A stretch of 64,000 nt of DNA, from positions 704,001-768,000 of the forward strand of contig CAVXKA010000002.1 of assembly GCA_963762255.1 (NCBI GenBank), given 5' to 3'. A program made the translations under genes and the position numbers. The notes under the pieces were generated by a model. The model saw nothing but the letters and a program-made list of their open reading frames with translations. It did not search any database and was not told the DNA's origin. This document shows positions 61,677-64,000 of this stretch, piece by piece; position 1 is the stretch's first letter, and each line of letters starts with the position of its first letter. This stretch comes from Candidatus Eiseniibacteriota bacterium (GTDB lineage: Bacteria; Eisenbacteria; RBG-16-71-46; JABDJR01).

Positions 61677-62291
61677 TCAGCGATCGAAGTCGATGTAGTC
61701 CATCTGCTTCACGGAGCTGTTCATCGTCAGCTCCCAGAGCACGAAATCTCGCTCCCCACGGAACTTGGGGATCAACGCGAAGAACTCCTCGCGCCGCTGG
61801 TCCTGGTACGTCAACTGGACCTGGAAGGCATAGTCCCGGCTGAGTTCCATGGCTTCGCGGCCGATGATGGCTTGATCGAAAAGCCCGATCGGCATCTGCC
61901 CTTCGAAGTCGACCCGTCTGAGTTCGGAGAAGGGGATCGTAACCATCTCCTCGTACTGATCCCGATAGAACCCGTAGAAGGCATGGATGCCCCGGCGCCG
62001 GTTGAACTCGATTTCGAGCTTGTCCACGTAGATCTGCCCGCTGGAGGTGTAGATGGTTACGTTGAAGACGTCGCCGGGTTGGGTGACGACGGCCTCGGGG
62101 GGCTTTCCCGCCGGCGCGTTGCGATCGGTGACGCGCGGCGTGGGAGGGGCGCCCGAGCTTCCGCCTCCGCAACCGGCGAGGGCCGCGACGAGTCCGATCA
62201 GGCAGACCGCCGACGTCAGGGCGGCGAGGAGAGACAACGACATCCCGGCAATGCCGGGCGTTGCTCGGGGCATGCGGTCGTGTGCGATCAT
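61677..62291 (-). CDS. Hypothetical lipoprotein
   Basis: LAGC lipobox and a globular C-terminus; start position uncertain. Confidence 0.55.
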   Translation of the reverse strand: MIAHDRMPRATPGIAGMSLSLLAALTSAVCLIGLVAALAGCGGGSSGAPPTPRVTDRNAPAGKPPEAVVTQPGDVFNVTIYTSSGQIYVDKLEIEFNRRRGIHAFYGFYRDQYEEMVTIPFSELRRVDFEGQMPIGLFDQAIIGREAMELSRDYAFQVQLTYQDQRREEFFALIPKFRGERDFVLWELTMNSSVKQMDYIDFDR

Positions 62292-62510
62292 CGGCACCTC
62301 CGGTTCACCCTCCGCCGCCGCGCGCAGCGCTTGAAGCCGCGTGCGGATGCCACCGGGGCCAGGCGGCGTCCGGAGGATACCAAGCGGGCCGGTGTCTAAC
62401 AACGCCGCGGCGTAGCCCGCGGCTGCTCGCGATGCCGGGCCCGTGATACGATTGCTGTCCCCCCTCGCGCACGCGACTCGGCAGTCGCACGACCTCCAAG
62501 GCGGTTTTCG

Positions 62511-63371
62511 ATGCACGAAGGATCGAGTTGGATCCGGCCCGTTCTTGCCGGGCTCCTTCTCGCCGCGGGGATCTTCATCCGGTTCGTACCCGGGGCAACA
62601 AGGCTCCAGATTCCCTTCGGCCTCCCGTGGGCGGACGCGGATGAGGACATCCGGCGCCGCTCGCGGCATCGCCTGGGGGAAAGCCTCCTCGCCTGGGCGC
62701 TCTGGATCGTGGCCCAGATGGCGGTGGGGCTGCCACCCTCATGGATCGCGGCGGTCTGGGCTCCACTCGCTCTCGTGATCCTCATCGCGATCTCGTACCC
62801 GGCGCGCCTCTACGTGCGGCGCTACTTCCCCGATCTGCTCCCCGCGAGCGCCATGGAGGGAGAGCGGGTGATTCCGAGGCGCGGAGGGTGGCTCGTCATC
62901 CTCCTGCGCGAGATTCTGCCCCTGGCCGCCGTCCTGATTCCGATCCTGGTGGTGCGGGACGTTCGACCGGACCTGCCGGCGCGGATTCCGGTGGGCTGGA
63001 CGTTGCACGACGGCCCCATGGTGTGGATGGATCGGGATCCCGCGCTGGATCTTCTGCGCCACCAGACGATGGTGGTCTACCTGGTCCTCCTGGGGTTGGA
63101 GGGGATCTTCCTCGTCTGGAAGGGAGTGAGGGGACGGCGAGGGGATCTGGCCCGGCGCATGCTCACCCCGCGCCACTGGCTCCTCTTCCTGTTCAGGCTC
63201 GGTTGGGTGGGCCTCTTCGCCGGACTCAACCTGGGATTTGTGTTCCACGCCCTGAAGGGGGGCTCGGCGCTCCCCTACCTGATTCCCGGCCTCTTTACCC
63301 TGGCCCTCTTGGGCTTGCTCTTGAGGGCCCAGAGTCGCCGGCCCCAGACCTCGGGGCCGGCAAGACTCTGA
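62511..63371 (+). CDS. Hypothetical multi-pass membrane protein
   Basis: Several TM segments; the LPARIPVGW segment resembles DUF1648. Confidence 0.55.
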   Translation: MHEGSSWIRPVLAGLLLAAGIFIRFVPGATRLQIPFGLPWADADEDIRRRSRHRLGESLLAWALWIVAQMAVGLPPSWIAAVWAPLALVILIAISYPARLYVRRYFPDLLPASAMEGERVIPRRGGWLVILLREILPLAAVLIPILVVRDVRPDLPARIPVGWTLHDGPMVWMDRDPALDLLRHQTMVVYLVLLGLEGIFLVWKGVRGRRGDLARRMLTPRHWLLFLFRLGWVGLFAGLNLGFVFHALKGGSALPYLIPGLFTLALLGLLLRAQSRRPQTSGPARL

Positions 63372-63379
63372 CCGCCTGG

Positions 63380-63793
63380 TCAGGAATTCTTGGAGTGGAG
63401 GCTGGCTCCCGGCTCCAGATAGCGAACCACGCGGGCGGTGATCGAAAGCCTGGACTTCATGCCGCCGGTCTCGCTGCTGACCGGCTTGACCTCGGTCAGA
63501 GCGTCCGCCCCCACCCTCCGGGCGTAGTCCTTGAGCGACGAGACCAGGTCGTCGTAGGTCGAGCTGTCGTTGAAGTTGGCGTCCATGTTCCGGCGTGCGG
63601 ACAGGGTACCGATGACGACGTGCGGGGTCATGACCGAGCCTTCGAACACCTCCACCGGGGCGTACTTGTCCCGGGCCGGGTACTCGGTGGCATCCATCCG
63701 GACGAACCGAACACCGGAGCCGCAGGCCGAGAGTCCGGCCGCGGTCGCCACGAGCAGAAGGGTCATGGGAATTGACCGAAAGACGCGATGCAT
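63380..63793 (-). CDS. Hypothetical lipoprotein (YbjQ-like fold possible)
   Basis: LSAC lipobox; LKDYARRVGADAL motif. Confidence 0.6.
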   Translation of the reverse strand: MHRVFRSIPMTLLLVATAAGLSACGSGVRFVRMDATEYPARDKYAPVEVFEGSVMTPHVVIGTLSARRNMDANFNDSSTYDDLVSSLKDYARRVGADALTEVKPVSSETGGMKSRLSITARVVRYLEPGASLHSKNS

Positions 63794-64000
63794 GTCCAGC
63801 CTCCTCGCAAGGGTCGAATCGGTGCGCGAGAGACGCACCCCTTCTCGTGATCGGAACGCACGCGGCGGGCTTGACCGGGAAGGGCCGGGGAGCCGCTCGG
63901 ATCGGGGGATTTGGCGCGAAAGTGTTTGACAGGGCGAAATGGGCGGTGCTTAATTTCGCCGCGACCATTTTGGCGGCGCGCAGTGCGAGCCGTCCGTTCG

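Noticed and set aside
63926-63956. TTGACA...TAATTT promoter at the window end
   Set aside because: The spacer is 19 nt and the downstream gene is outside the window, so it cannot be supported.

Overview
High-GC bacterial chromosomal window, mostly housekeeping and envelope genes: RND efflux, glycosyltransferases, ABC transporters, ruvC/ruvA, yebC, an EF-G paralog, STAS proteins and a LeuA-like enzyme. Numerous single-base frameshifts in otherwise intact genes suggest an imperfectly polished long-read assembly. A C-terminal STWGGIKSRYR motif and an archaeal-type topoisomerase VI (top6B-cyclase-top6A) hint at an uncultured FCB-related lineage (inference). The standout is a ~10 kb accessory block (21171-31243) bracketed by a ~268 bp imperfect direct repeat of the top6A 3' end, with no integrase visible. 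It encodes an NLR-like CHAT-STAND-TPR protein, a second CHAT protease with a CBS-like N-terminus, an alpha/beta-hydrolase with repeated RRG motifs in its N-terminal extension, and a divergent second hydrolase plus a secreted protein. This is a candidate protease-activated defence or cell-death system. I saw no tRNA, rRNA or CRISPR array. All calls come from reading motifs by eye; no database searches were run.
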